A stretch of DNA of 64,000 nt from an uncultured Clostridia bacterium. GTDB taxonomy: Bacteria; CAYTYR01; UBA6262. The stretch is from positions 1 to 64,000 of the forward strand of contig CAYTYR010000001.1 of assembly GCA_964441745.1 (NCBI GenBank), written 5' to 3'. Within the stretch, counting starts at the first letter, position 1, and the number at the start of each line of letters is the position of its first letter. Shown in pieces: positions 29,624 to 38,830 of the stretch. A program made the translations under genes and the position numbers. The notes under the pieces are model-generated. The model did not search any database, was not told the origin of the DNA, and saw nothing but the letters and a program-made list of their open reading frames with translations.

Positions 29624-30202
29624 TTATTCGTATAACTTATGCTTTTTTATATATGCAGACACAGCTTTGGGAACAAGCTTGCTAATACTTTTATTCTTGG
29701 CAATTTTTTTCCTGATCGCGGTCGCGGCCAGGGGGATACCGGTGATGCGCAAGACGAACACATTAGCAGCTGCTGACTTGTTTGGCAGCGTTATTTTATA
29801 GCCTGGCCGGTTAATGACGACAAAATGGCATAACTTTAATAATTCCCGCCAGCGGCGCCAGGTACGAATCTCGCCAAAAGCGTCTGCTCCGATAATAAAA
29901 AAGAACTCTGTTTTAGAGCCCATTTTTCTTTTTAAATACTGAACCGTTTCAATACTATAACTAATAGACTTTTTGTTGGTTTCATAGGCACTGGCCGTAA
30001 ATCTCTTTTTACCGCGCAGAGCCAGTTTGACCATAGCCAGCCGGTCTTTAGCCGTAGTCAGACTTTGCGCCTTATGAGGCAAAATACCGGCGGGAATGAA
30101 GATAACTTTGTCCAATCCCAGTTTTTGTTGCACTATCCCGGCTATTTTAAGGTGACCGTTATGGATAGGATCAAAAGTCCCGCCGAATAAACCAATTTTC
30201 AT
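29624..30202 (-). CDS. nadD: Nicotinate-nucleotide adenylyltransferase
   Basis: GGTFDPIHNGH, IIGAD, proA-nadD-rsfS context. Confidence 0.93.
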   Translation of the reverse strand: MKIGLFGGTFDPIHNGHLKIAGIVQQKLGLDKVIFIPAGILPHKAQSLTTAKDRLAMVKLALRGKKRFTASAYETNKKSISYSIETVQYLKRKMGSKTEFFFIIGADAFGEIRTWRRWRELLKLCHFVVINRPGYKITLPNKSAAANVFVLRITGIPLAATAIRKKIAKNKSISKLVPKAVSAYIKKHKLYE

Positions 30203-30206
30203 AAAC

Positions 30207-30333
30207 AAATCCTAAATTCTAAATACGAATTACTAAACAAATCCGAAATCCAAAATCATAATTCTCTAAACTTTTTCGCGTTTAGTAAATTAGAATTTAA
30301 TTATTATTTCGAATTTCGATATGCGGATTTAGC
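30207..30333. repeat. Inverted heptamer arrays (AAATYCK)n / (GAATTTM)n
   Basis: Between proA and nadD. Confidence 0.7.
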
Positions 30334-30335
30334 GC

Positions 30336-31592
30336 TTATTTTCTTATCTGTCCGCTGCCGTAAACTAAATATTTATACGAACATAGCTCATTGAGGCCCA
30401 TCGGCCCGCGGGCATGCATTTTCTGGCTGGAGATACCGATTTCGGCTCCCATACCGAATTCACCGCCATCAGTAAAGCGGGTAGAAGCATTCCAGTAAAC
30501 AGCAGCTGAATCAACTGACCGCATAAATTCTTCTGCTCTCTTTTTGTTGTTGGTCACAATACTGTCAGAATGATGTGATCCGTATTTGTTTATATGTGCT
30601 ATGGCTTCTTCCACTGTATCCACTATTTTAACTGAAAGGATCAAGTCCACATATTCAGTATACCAATCTTCTTCGCTGGCAGCTTTTATCCCTTTCAATA
30701 TAGCTAGCGTTTTTTCATCCCCGCGCAGTTCAACTTTAGCGTCGGTGAAACGTGCCGCCATTTTCGGCAGAAAGTCCATGGCTACCCCGGTATGGACCAG
30801 CATAGTCTCCATGGCATTACATACTCCCGGCCGTTGCACTTTGGCATTAAAACATATTTCCTCAGCCATTTTTAAGTCAGCTTCAACATCAACATAAGTA
30901 TGACAAACCCCTTTGCCATGCGAAATAACCGGTATCGTTGAGTGTTCTTTAATGAATTGGATCAATTCCTCCCCGCCACGCGGAATGATCACATCGATGA
31001 ATTTATCCTGTTTAACCAGTTCCAGGACAGCTTGCCGGTCAGTAGTCTCAATAAACTGGATCGCTCCCTCCGGTATACCGGCAGTATAGGCTGCGGCCGA
31101 GATCGTCTTCACCAGAATATGATTGGAATTAACTGCTTCAGAGCCTCCCCGTAAAATCACGGCATTCCCGCTTTTTAAACATAATCCGGCGGTATCAACC
31201 GTCACATTCGGCCGCGATTCATAAATGATCCCGATCACGCCCAGCGGAATGCGGACTTTATTGATCTTTAAGCCATTCGGACGTTCACTGGAGGAAATCA
31301 CTTCCCCAACGGGATCCTTTAAACCAGCTATTTCCTGCAAGCCTTGGATCATGGCCTCAATACGGGACTCGGTCAGCGACAGCCGGTCGATCATAGCTGT
31401 ACTTAAACCAGCCTCTTTAGCCGCTTCGACATCTATTTCATTCTTGAACAAAATATCCTCTTTGTTTTTTTGCAAGGCGTCAGCCATAGCCAACAAAGCT
31501 TTATTTTTAACCTCTGCCGGCACATTAGCTAGGGCATAAGCAGCCCGTTTAGCAGCGGCGGCCCGCCTGATAATTTCTTCTTTAAGTTCCAT
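30336..31592 (-). CDS. proA: Gamma-glutamyl phosphate reductase
   Basis: IYESRPNVT, CNAMET, NASTRFTDGGEFG, HARGP. Confidence 0.97.
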   Translation of the reverse strand: MELKEEIIRRAAAAKRAAYALANVPAEVKNKALLAMADALQKNKEDILFKNEIDVEAAKEAGLSTAMIDRLSLTESRIEAMIQGLQEIAGLKDPVGEVISSSERPNGLKINKVRIPLGVIGIIYESRPNVTVDTAGLCLKSGNAVILRGGSEAVNSNHILVKTISAAAYTAGIPEGAIQFIETTDRQAVLELVKQDKFIDVIIPRGGEELIQFIKEHSTIPVISHGKGVCHTYVDVEADLKMAEEICFNAKVQRPGVCNAMETMLVHTGVAMDFLPKMAARFTDAKVELRGDEKTLAILKGIKAASEEDWYTEYVDLILSVKIVDTVEEAIAHINKYGSHHSDSIVTNNKKRAEEFMRSVDSAAVYWNASTRFTDGGEFGMGAEIGISSQKMHARGPMGLNELCSYKYLVYGSGQIRK

Positions 31593-31760
31593 AGCACACC
31601 TCTGAATTATGAATAACTCGAATGATAGCGAATAAATGCCGAATAAACTATCCGCATGATTCGCTTCTGTTTGTTACTTTTACCACAAAAAAACAGTTAT
31701 ATCAATAAAATTAATTGCTAAAAACCCCTGATTCCTCTATAATAATCTGCGTAATCTAAT

Positions 31761-32915
31761 GTGCCGGAGGCACGTATGTTTAACATCATCATTGTAGGTA
31801 TTACCAGTTTATTAACCGACATTTCCACAGAAATGGTCTATCCGCTCCTGGGGATATTCCTCAGTACCACTTTGGGGGCTGCCCCCTGGATCATTGGCCT
31901 GATCGAAGGTATCGCGGAAAGTATTGCCAGCCTGCTAAAAGTATTCAGCGGTTACCTTTCTGACAAGTTCCAGAAAAGGAAACCGCTGGCGATCATGGGC
32001 TATGGTTCTTCTTCTTTCGGTAAAATATTCCTTTTTCTCGCCACCAGCTGGTGGTGGGTCCTCTTGGCGCGGGTAATTGACCGTTTCGGCAAGGGCATCC
32101 GCAACGCTCCCCGGGATGCCTTGATCGCTGATTCCAGCGCTAAAGAAAGAAGAGGCCGGGCGTTTGGCTTGCACCGGACAATGGATACGCTCGGCGCCGC
32201 TGCCGGGGTGCTCATCGCTTACTACTTCTTAACTGCTCATGCCGGCCCCATTGATTACCGCAAGTTATTCCTGCTGTCGCTAATACCGGCATTTTTGGGA
32301 CTAATGGCTCTTTTCTTTGTTAAGGAGAAAAAAGTCTCTATTAATCCGGCAGAAAAGAAACTGTCTTTTAAGTGGTCGGCCTTGCCGCTTAAGCTAAAAT
32401 TATTCTTAATAGTGACTTTGCTGTTTACCCTGGGTAATTCTTCTAACCAGTTTTTATTACTACGGGCTAAAAACATTGGTTTTACCACAACCAGTGTTCT
32501 TTTGCTTTACCTGGTTTATAATATTGTTTATGCCCTGGTTTCTTATCCTGCTGGAAGGTTGTCTGATATTATTGGCAGGAAAAAACTGCTGGTCTGGGGT
32601 TATGTTTTTTATGGAGTAGTCTATTTGGGGTTTGCTTTAACTGATAATCCGATTTTCATGTGGGGATTATTTAGCTTGTACGGAGTTTATATAGGAGTGA
32701 CTGAGGGTGTGGAAAAAGCCCTGGTTACAGATATCGCCCCGGAACACCTGCGCGCTACGATGATCGGCCTTCATGCCACACTGGTAGGTATCGGACTTTT
32801 CCCGGCATCGTTTTTGGCAGGTATCCTCTGGAACCAATTCGGGCCGGCAGCCACCTTCTACTTTGGCGGCATTACCGGCCTGTTAGCCGCGGTAGGGTTA
32901 ATGCTGGTGCTTTAG
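31761..32915 (+). CDS. MFS transporter
   Basis: GYLSDKFQKRKP and GRLSDIIGRKK loop motifs, ~12 TM. Confidence 0.9.
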   Translation: MPEARMFNIIIVGITSLLTDISTEMVYPLLGIFLSTTLGAAPWIIGLIEGIAESIASLLKVFSGYLSDKFQKRKPLAIMGYGSSSFGKIFLFLATSWWWVLLARVIDRFGKGIRNAPRDALIADSSAKERRGRAFGLHRTMDTLGAAAGVLIAYYFLTAHAGPIDYRKLFLLSLIPAFLGLMALFFVKEKKVSINPAEKKLSFKWSALPLKLKLFLIVTLLFTLGNSSNQFLLLRAKNIGFTTTSVLLLYLVYNIVYALVSYPAGRLSDIIGRKKLLVWGYVFYGVVYLGFALTDNPIFMWGLFSLYGVYIGVTEGVEKALVTDIAPEHLRATMIGLHATLVGIGLFPASFLAGILWNQFGPAATFYFGGITGLLAAVGLMLVL

Positions 32916-33274
32916 TATTTATAGGCCAGGCCTAATAAAGAAGCTTGCTTTTTTGACTTTGCGTCTAATGTCCACAAAGAGACTTCGCTTAACAACGCAG
33001 CCGCCAACAGATGCATATCAATAAGTCCAAGCCCCTTACCCATTAAATTATTCTTTTCAATAAACAATAACAATTCTTCTTCGTCTATATGTTCAACTGT
33101 AGGGAGCGTGCCAAGCAATGATAAAATCTCCTTCCTGTTCCTAATATTGCCACAGGCGAGTTCTCCAATAATAAAGGGGTGACATACTACTTCGCCGTCG
33201 TTTAGGAGCTGTTCCAGCCTGGCATTGCCATGACGCAGGTGATCTATCCATACCGATGTATCAGCAAGAATCAT
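32912..33274 (-). CDS. vapC: VapC PIN-domain toxin
   Basis: MILADTSVWID, GELACG, IDMHLL, WTLD. Confidence 0.9.
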   Translation of the reverse strand: MILADTSVWIDHLRHGNARLEQLLNDGEVVCHPFIIGELACGNIRNRKEILSLLGTLPTVEHIDEEELLLFIEKNNLMGKGLGLIDMHLLAAALLSEVSLWTLDAKSKKQASLLGLAYKY

Positions 33275-33465
33275 TAATGAGTTCTCCGGCGGGGGATACT
33301 CTGCGCATTTTTTTCGGTCCCTCCTAATTTCGCCAGCCTTTTACTGCTTTCTCTGGCGATTAAGGCTTCCAATCCTAACCTGACTAAGGTGGTCTTTTCC
33401 TTGATCCCCGTAAGGATTGACACTTTTCTGATCAAATCGTCATTAATATTTAATGTTGTTCTCAT
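33274..33465 (-). CDS. vapB: VapB antitoxin (DUF2191-like)
   Basis: MRTTLNINDDL...EKTTLVRLGL; overlaps the vapC start. Confidence 0.85.
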   Translation of the reverse strand: MRTTLNINDDLIRKVSILTGIKEKTTLVRLGLEALIARESSKRLAKLGGTEKNAQSIPRRRTH

Positions 33466-33498
33466 AGCCTTACTCCCTTCATACAATATATATGTATT

Positions 33499-33527
33499 AT
33501 TATGCATTAATTATGCATATATGTCAA
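33499..33527 (-). promoter_or_regulatory. vapBC promoter TTGACA-N17-CATAAT with overlapping palindrome TATGCAT-TAATT-ATGCATA
   Basis: -35 at 33522-33527, -10 at 33499-33504; palindrome 33501-33519 is a likely autorepression operator. Confidence 0.65.
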
Positions 33528-33563
33528 GCTCTTTATTCATAAACTTCCTTGCTATCCAAATTA

Positions 33564-33617
33564 GCTCAACGAATATATTAATGAACGGATTCCCCCGTAT
33601 TTATACCGTCGTCAGGC
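33564..33617 (-). other. Degenerate solo attC-like site upstream of vapBC
   Basis: Minus strand GCCTGAC ... GTTGAGC with an internal imperfect inverted repeat (TATA.AT.ACGG / CCGT.ATT.TATA). Confidence 0.35.
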
Positions 33618-33726
33618 GAGATTACGCGGATTACGAAACCAATTACGCGGCTTCCAAACCCCTAAAAGAACACTACGAAAGCTCTGCTGCCCAAATTGGA
33701 CACATATGATGGTGTATATATATTCA

Positions 33727-34332
33727 TTAAAACGATCCTCCAGGACGGCCCATGCCGCCACCCAGCCCGCTTCTCATCCCGCTCATCCCTTCCATCCCTT
33801 GCCTCCCGCCTCCTTCACGGTTACCCATCTGTTCTTTCATTGCTTCTCTCATTGACTGCTCTTTTTTCCTAAAATAATCAAATAATATATCTCTTTGCTT
33901 TGCTGAAAATAACAGCCGCAGTTTTGCTTTCACAGACATTCTTATCTTATATTGCCCGCTCCGCAGGTCACTAATTTGATTGATCAAGGTGTCTACCTGC
34001 GTCATATCAGGCTGGATAAATTGCCCATTGACTTTCACCAGGCTCTTGACCGGTATTTGATTTCGTAAGATACTTTCTTTGGCTGCAATTTCTTCTTCCA
34101 TGGTAACTGCTTTAGCTATTTCACTGGACAAAGCATTAAATTCCCCAGACTGCTGTTCGTTCATTTCCAATTTTTTGATCAATTTAGCATCTTTGGCCCA
34201 CTCAAAATTAAGCCCGTAGTCAGACCACTCCAAGTCCTGTCTGATCATGGATGGGGACCCTTCAGCTGCGAAACATTGAACCGCAAACAATAAAAAGCTG
34301 AGCACCAGAAACATTTTTGTTTTGCCAGGCAT
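33727..34332 (-). CDS. Exported helical protein, Spy/CpxP-like, Gly/Met-rich tail
   Basis: Signal peptide; LEMNEQQ and FSAKQR LTxxQ-like motifs. Confidence 0.55.
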   Translation of the reverse strand: MPGKTKMFLVLSFLLFAVQCFAAEGSPSMIRQDLEWSDYGLNFEWAKDAKLIKKLEMNEQQSGEFNALSSEIAKAVTMEEEIAAKESILRNQIPVKSLVKVNGQFIQPDMTQVDTLINQISDLRSGQYKIRMSVKAKLRLLFSAKQRDILFDYFRKKEQSMREAMKEQMGNREGGGRQGMEGMSGMRSGLGGGMGRPGGSF

Positions 34333-34354
34333 GCTCTTCTCCTGATTATATATT

Positions 34355-35101
34355 TTAGTTTACTTTGTTGAATTCAAAGACACTGATTGAAGTCATGATC
34401 AGGGCAAACACCCCTATATACATCAAATCCAGCCAGAGGGGATAGGTTTTCAATCCTAAAGTAATAGTACGCAGCAAGTCCACCGCGTAGGTCATAGGAT
34501 TGATTAGCACTAAATGATTAATTAGTGAAGGCAAATTGGCCAACGGGAACATGGCTCCGCTTAAAAAGAACATTGGCATAATGACGAAATTGGAAATAAC
34601 CCCGAACCCCTCAAAAGAAGTCATCCTGGCAGCGATGGCCAGCCCCAGAGCGGTGCAGGCAAAAGAAGCGAAAAACATGGCTGGCATCAGCAATAATAGT
34701 GATACTAAAGGTATATGAATATGAATGAACGGGGCAAACAGCAAGACAAACATCCCTTCGATAAACGCGATGGTTGATCCACTTAAAGTCTTTCCCAGGA
34801 CTATTGCCGTACGGGAGATAGGAGCCACCAGGATTTCTTTCAGGAAACCGAATTCCCGATCCCAAATAATACTGATAGTGGACATCATAGAGGCAAAAAG
34901 TAGATTCATAGCTATGATCCCTGGGAAAATATAGTGCAGATAATTAACCCCCTGCATACTAAAAGAACCTTTTAAGCCGGTACCCATAATCAACAGCCAA
35001 AGGATTGGCCGGCTCACTGAGCCCAGCAGCCGGGAGCGGTCGCGGAAATGCCGGATCAAATCCCTGATCCAGATCATATAAATCGCATCGAACTCGAACA
35101 T
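34355..35101 (-). CDS. ABC-2 type permease
   Basis: DREFGFLKEILVAP, FLSGAMFP, NPMTYAVD. Confidence 0.9.
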   Translation of the reverse strand: MFEFDAIYMIWIRDLIRHFRDRSRLLGSVSRPILWLLIMGTGLKGSFSMQGVNYLHYIFPGIIAMNLLFASMMSTISIIWDREFGFLKEILVAPISRTAIVLGKTLSGSTIAFIEGMFVLLFAPFIHIHIPLVSLLLLMPAMFFASFACTALGLAIAARMTSFEGFGVISNFVIMPMFFLSGAMFPLANLPSLINHLVLINPMTYAVDLLRTITLGLKTYPLWLDLMYIGVFALIMTSISVFEFNKVN

Positions 35102-35896
35102 TTATTTTAACCTTTTCTGCCTGACAATCATGCCAAAATGCTCTTTGGCCCTAGCTCCGTCTTCCCTGATTTCGTAGCCGGTAACCTGCAGGAAAACATC
35201 ATTTAAAGTGGCTTTTTGATATTTCAATTTTAAAGCTTCCGGTGTATCCAAGGCGGCGATACGACCGTGATCAATAATAGCAAGGCGGTCGCATACTTCC
35301 GCTTCATCCAAATAGTGTGTCGTAAAAAAGATGGTTATTTTTTGCTGCTGGGAGAGTTTTAATATATAATCCCAAATATGCGCGCGGGTCTGCGGGTCCA
35401 GCCCGGTGGTAGGCTCATCCAGAATCATAACCCGGGGGCGGTGCATCAATCCACGGGCGATCTCCAGCCTTCTCTTCATCCCACCGGAGAAAGTCCTGAC
35501 TATCACCTTGGTCTTATCGCTAAGACCAACCAGTTCCAGCACTTCTTTGATCCTTTGCCGGCGCAACTGATGAGACATATGATAAATCATTCCGTGAAAA
35601 TCAAGATTTTCGTAGACGGTCAGTCTTTCATCTAAGCTTGGATCCTGAAAAATAACCCCGATTGATTTGCGCACCTCATTAGGATTCAGGACTACATCAT
35701 AACCATTTAATACTACAGTACCGTTAGTGGGCCGAAGCAAACCGCAAATAATATTGATAGTTGTGGTTTTACCGGCACCGTTAGGCCCAAGGAAGGCGAA
35801 CACTTCCGCGTCTCTAACAGTGAAGGAAATATTGTCTACTGCCTTTACTGTGCCAAAAGACTTTATTAAATTATTTACCGTAATAGCATCACTCAT
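35102..35896 (-). CDS. ABC transporter ATP-binding protein (DrrA-like)
   Basis: GPNGAGKTT, FSGGMKRR, LDEPT; probable ATG at 35896. Confidence 0.92.
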   Translation of the reverse strand: MSDAITVNNLIKSFGTVKAVDNISFTVRDAEVFAFLGPNGAGKTTTINIICGLLRPTNGTVVLNGYDVVLNPNEVRKSIGVIFQDPSLDERLTVYENLDFHGMIYHMSHQLRRQRIKEVLELVGLSDKTKVIVRTFSGGMKRRLEIARGLMHRPRVMILDEPTTGLDPQTRAHIWDYILKLSQQQKITIFFTTHYLDEAEVCDRLAIIDHGRIAALDTPEALKLKYQKATLNDVFLQVTGYEIREDGARAKEHFGMIVRQKRLK

Positions 35897-37832
35897 AGCG
35901 TAATGCTTCGATCGGGTCAAGTTTAGCGGCCTGGCGCGCCGGCCAGATACCGAAGCCAACGCCGACAGCAATGGAAAAGGTAGTGGCCATGACCACTGAA
36001 GACAAGGTTACCCTGGTCGTCCAGCTGGCGACAGCTGATAGGGTAAAAGCAATGCCTGCGCCAACCGCGATACCGATCAAGCCCCCGGCCACGGTCATGA
36101 CTACTGCCTCGATCAAAAATTGGGTCAGGATATCACTGGAACGGGCGCCAATAGCTTTGCGCAATCCTATTTCCTTGACGCGTTCCCGGACTGATACTAA
36201 CATGATGTTCATTATACCGATACCACCCACCAGCAGGGAAATAGCGGCAATAGAACCTAACAGCATGGTCATGGTCTTGGTAGTACTTTGTACGGTTTGC
36301 TGAATATCATTCATATTCCTGATCTCAAAGGAATCTTCTTTATCCTGGTTTAGGTGATGGCGCTGGATAACTAAGGCTTTAATCGATTCCTGGGCTGCCT
36401 CCATCAAATTGGCGCTCTTTACTTCGAGGTCAATATAATCTACATATTCTTTGCCTAAGACCCGATACATGGCTGTCGTGACCGGAATAACGATTACATC
36501 ATCCTGATTCATCCAGCCGGTTGATCCTTTAGTAGGCAACACCCCAATAACTTTAAAATAGATACGGTTGATCTTGATGGTCATGCCAACCGGATCAACT
36601 GAATCGAATAACTCTTTAGCCACGGTCGAGCCGATCAAAGCCACTTTTTGACGTACTTGCAGCTCTTCAGCCGTAAAGAACCGGCCAACTGTCGGCATAG
36701 CAGCACGCATGGCAGGGTAATTGATCCCGGTACCAAGGATCTGGGTATTCCAATTCCTGTCACCATATACCACCTGGGCCCGGCCTCTGACGGTAGGGGA
36801 AACATTTTTTATTTCCGGCAGTTTAGCTAGGTATTCGGCATCTTGCAGTGTGAACCTGGTTACAGCGCCAGCTTCCCCAGCTACCCCATGGGTACGGTGT
36901 GAACCAGGGGTGACCATTAATAAATTAGAACCTAAAGAAGCCAGGCTTTTTTCAATTGATTCTTTGGCTCCCTGGCCGAGAGCCAGCATGGCAATAACCG
37001 CAGCTACCCCGATCAGTATTCCCAGCATGGACAGGATGGAACGCATCTTGTGGGAAACCAGGGCTTGGATCGCCTGCCGAAAGTGATCACCAAACTTTGC
37101 TCCTCCGGCAAAAGCTTCTTCTTCCTGCACAGCAGCAGGTGGCGCCGGTTCTGTGTGGGTTGGTAGTTTCTTCTCATCAGAGACAATTTTACCGTCGCGC
37201 ATATAAATTATCCGGGTACAATGCTCGGCAACTTCTTTCTCGTGGGTCACCATGACAATGGTTTTCCCTTGTTTATTCAGTTTTAGCAAGAGCGCCATAA
37301 TTTCTTCTTCATTTTTAGTATCCAGATTGCCGGTTGGCTCATCAGCAAAAAGGATCACGGGATCATTGACCAAAGAGCGGGCTATAGCTACCCGTTGTTG
37401 TTCTCCGCCGGAAAGCTCGGTTGGTAAATGCAACGCCCGGGAGGCCAGGCCGACTTCTTTTATTTTTTCCAGGGCTAATTCTTTTTCGTGATGGCAGCCG
37501 GCATAAATCAGTGGCAATTCAGCATTCTGCACTGCGGTTAACCGGGACAGCAAGTGAAATTGCTGGAAAATAAAACCAGCGGTATTATTCCTAAGCTTGG
37601 CTAGCTCATCATCGCTGTACTTGCTGACCTCTTTACCGGCGAAAGTATATGATCCTGAATCTGGCCGATCTAAAAAGCCAAGAATATGCAGCAAAGTGGA
37701 TTTTCCTGAACCAGAGGGGCCCATGATACCGACAAATTCACCCGGTTCTATATCCACGGAAACGCCGCGCAGGGCTTGTACCCCAACGCTGCCGATTTGA
37801 TATGTTTTTAAGATGTTTTTAACTTTTATCAT
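35889..37832 (-). CDS. macB: MacB-type ABC transporter (ATPase-permease fusion)
   Basis: GPSGSGKS, LSGGEQQR, GGIGIMNIMLVSV.ER.KEIG. Confidence 0.9.
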   Translation of the reverse strand: MIKVKNILKTYQIGSVGVQALRGVSVDIEPGEFVGIMGPSGSGKSTLLHILGFLDRPDSGSYTFAGKEVSKYSDDELAKLRNNTAGFIFQQFHLLSRLTAVQNAELPLIYAGCHHEKELALEKIKEVGLASRALHLPTELSGGEQQRVAIARSLVNDPVILFADEPTGNLDTKNEEEIMALLLKLNKQGKTIVMVTHEKEVAEHCTRIIYMRDGKIVSDEKKLPTHTEPAPPAAVQEEEAFAGGAKFGDHFRQAIQALVSHKMRSILSMLGILIGVAAVIAMLALGQGAKESIEKSLASLGSNLLMVTPGSHRTHGVAGEAGAVTRFTLQDAEYLAKLPEIKNVSPTVRGRAQVVYGDRNWNTQILGTGINYPAMRAAMPTVGRFFTAEELQVRQKVALIGSTVAKELFDSVDPVGMTIKINRIYFKVIGVLPTKGSTGWMNQDDVIVIPVTTAMYRVLGKEYVDYIDLEVKSANLMEAAQESIKALVIQRHHLNQDKEDSFEIRNMNDIQQTVQSTTKTMTMLLGSIAAISLLVGGIGIMNIMLVSVRERVKEIGLRKAIGARSSDILTQFLIEAVVMTVAGGLIGIAVGAGIAFTLSAVASWTTRVTLSSVVMATTFSIAVGVGFGIWPARQAAKLDPIEALRYE

Positions 37833-38830
37833 TATCTGGTATTCCTGTTCGTCTGGGTCCGCTGGGTCCGCTGGCCTGGCCGGGTTGGCATAAAGGGATT
37901 GCTGCCACTGGTTTTCTGGGTAGCTGGCATATAGGTCGCGCTTTGTATAACTACCCGATCAGTATCAGTGAGCCCGGAAATAATTTCAGTATTAGTGTCA
38001 TCAGCTAAGCCGGTTTGGATACGGCGTTGACCCGGTTTCTGCTCTTTCCCTTGGTCCAGCAGTACATATCTTCCTTCTTGGTCCTGTTTTATCGCTGCGG
38101 TAGGCAGGGTTAGCACATTTTCGCGGCTGGCTTCCAGCACTTTCACTTCAGCCGTCATACCTGAACGAAATTCTGCCGGCACTCTATCCGGCAGGATATC
38201 TACATTATAGATACTGACATTACTTACTACTTTTGACTCATAATAAATATGGTTCACTGCGCCATTCACTTTTATATCCGGATAAGCATCCAGGGTAATG
38301 ATCGCCGGTTGTCCCATCTTGATCTTGCCAATATCAGTCTCATCAAACTGGGCTTGTACGATCAGCCGGTCAGAAAGGACCAGGATAGCTTCGCTGGTCA
38401 TGACGGTCTGCCCAGGCTCGACACTCTTGACGATCACTTCACCGTCGATCGGCGCGACCAAAGGAGTTGACTTATAAACTTCCTGCCATTGTTTAACAGC
38501 TTCTTCTCCTTGGGCCCGGGCCGCATCTAACAAAGCTGCTCTTTCGGTCGAGCTCATCCAGGCGAGGGTTTGTCCCTTTTTTACCCGGTCACCTTCCTGG
38601 ACCAGGATCTTTTCCACCCGGCCGCTGATCGCTGGCTTTACTTCCAGGCGGTTTTGCGGCAAGACTGTCCCGGTGGTGGAGACGAAGGTTTGGATGTTGC
38701 CGGATACCGGATTAACGATGGTAGTATTTTCCAAGCTGTCTTTATTGTTTCCGGCTTTTACGGCCCAGAATATAGCGGCTATCACCACTAATATGCCTAA
38801 TACTATGAATTTCCATTTTTTACTCTTCAT
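37832..38830 (-). CDS. MacA-like periplasmic adaptor
   Basis: N-terminal TM, lipoyl-like VQEGDRVKKGQ, APIDG. Confidence 0.88.
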   Translation of the reverse strand: MKSKKWKFIVLGILVVIAAIFWAVKAGNNKDSLENTTIVNPVSGNIQTFVSTTGTVLPQNRLEVKPAISGRVEKILVQEGDRVKKGQTLAWMSSTERAALLDAARAQGEEAVKQWQEVYKSTPLVAPIDGEVIVKSVEPGQTVMTSEAILVLSDRLIVQAQFDETDIGKIKMGQPAIITLDAYPDIKVNGAVNHIYYESKVVSNVSIYNVDILPDRVPAEFRSGMTAEVKVLEASRENVLTLPTAAIKQDQEGRYVLLDQGKEQKPGQRRIQTGLADDTNTEIISGLTDTDRVVIQSATYMPATQKTSGSNPFMPTRPGQRTQRTQTNRNTR

